Source of the DNA: Fidelibacterota bacterium
Lineage (GTDB): Bacteria; Fidelibacterota; Marinisomatia; Marinisomatales; S15-B10
Assembly (NCBI GenBank): GCA_046861655.1
Contig: JBHIAI010000033.1
Location: 1-15,947 of the forward strand
Direction: 5' to 3'
Length of the DNA stretch: 15,947 nucleotides
This document shows, in pieces, positions 15,947 through 15,947 of the stretch; the first letter of the stretch is position 1, and every line of letters starts with the position of its first letter. The notes beneath the pieces are model-generated. The model did not search any database and was not told where the DNA came from. It worked only from the letters and a program-made list of their open reading frames with translations. The translations under genes and the position numbers were made by a program.

Positions 15947-15947
15947 G

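Overview
Bacterial chromosomal window, moderately GC-rich and gene-dense. It is probably from an FCB-group lineage such as Marinimicrobia; this is inferred from a YPNPFNP sorting domain, beta-helix proteins and a long LptF. The left part encodes envelope and exported proteins: a truncated secreted parallel beta-helix protein, a small Ig-like protein with a T9SS-type C-terminal sorting domain whose predicted mature N-terminus is His, a DUF1761 membrane protein, and a tightly coupled lipoprotein / TonB-dependent receptor / lipoprotein operon. The middle holds a cold-shock gene with a long AT-rich leader and a terminator, a class I SAM methyltransferase with a lipobox, a two-subunit 2-oxoacid:ferredoxin oxidoreductase and a lone PspC gene. 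The right part has an LptF/G permease coupled to pyrimidine-nucleoside phosphorylase, a 7-bp-periodic intergenic tract and a class A PBP that runs off the window. No rRNA, tRNA, CRISPR array or transposase was seen. The best leads are a putative histidine-brace copper protein, a non-SusD TBDR-lipoprotein module, a possibly exported methyltransferase and the heptamer tract.
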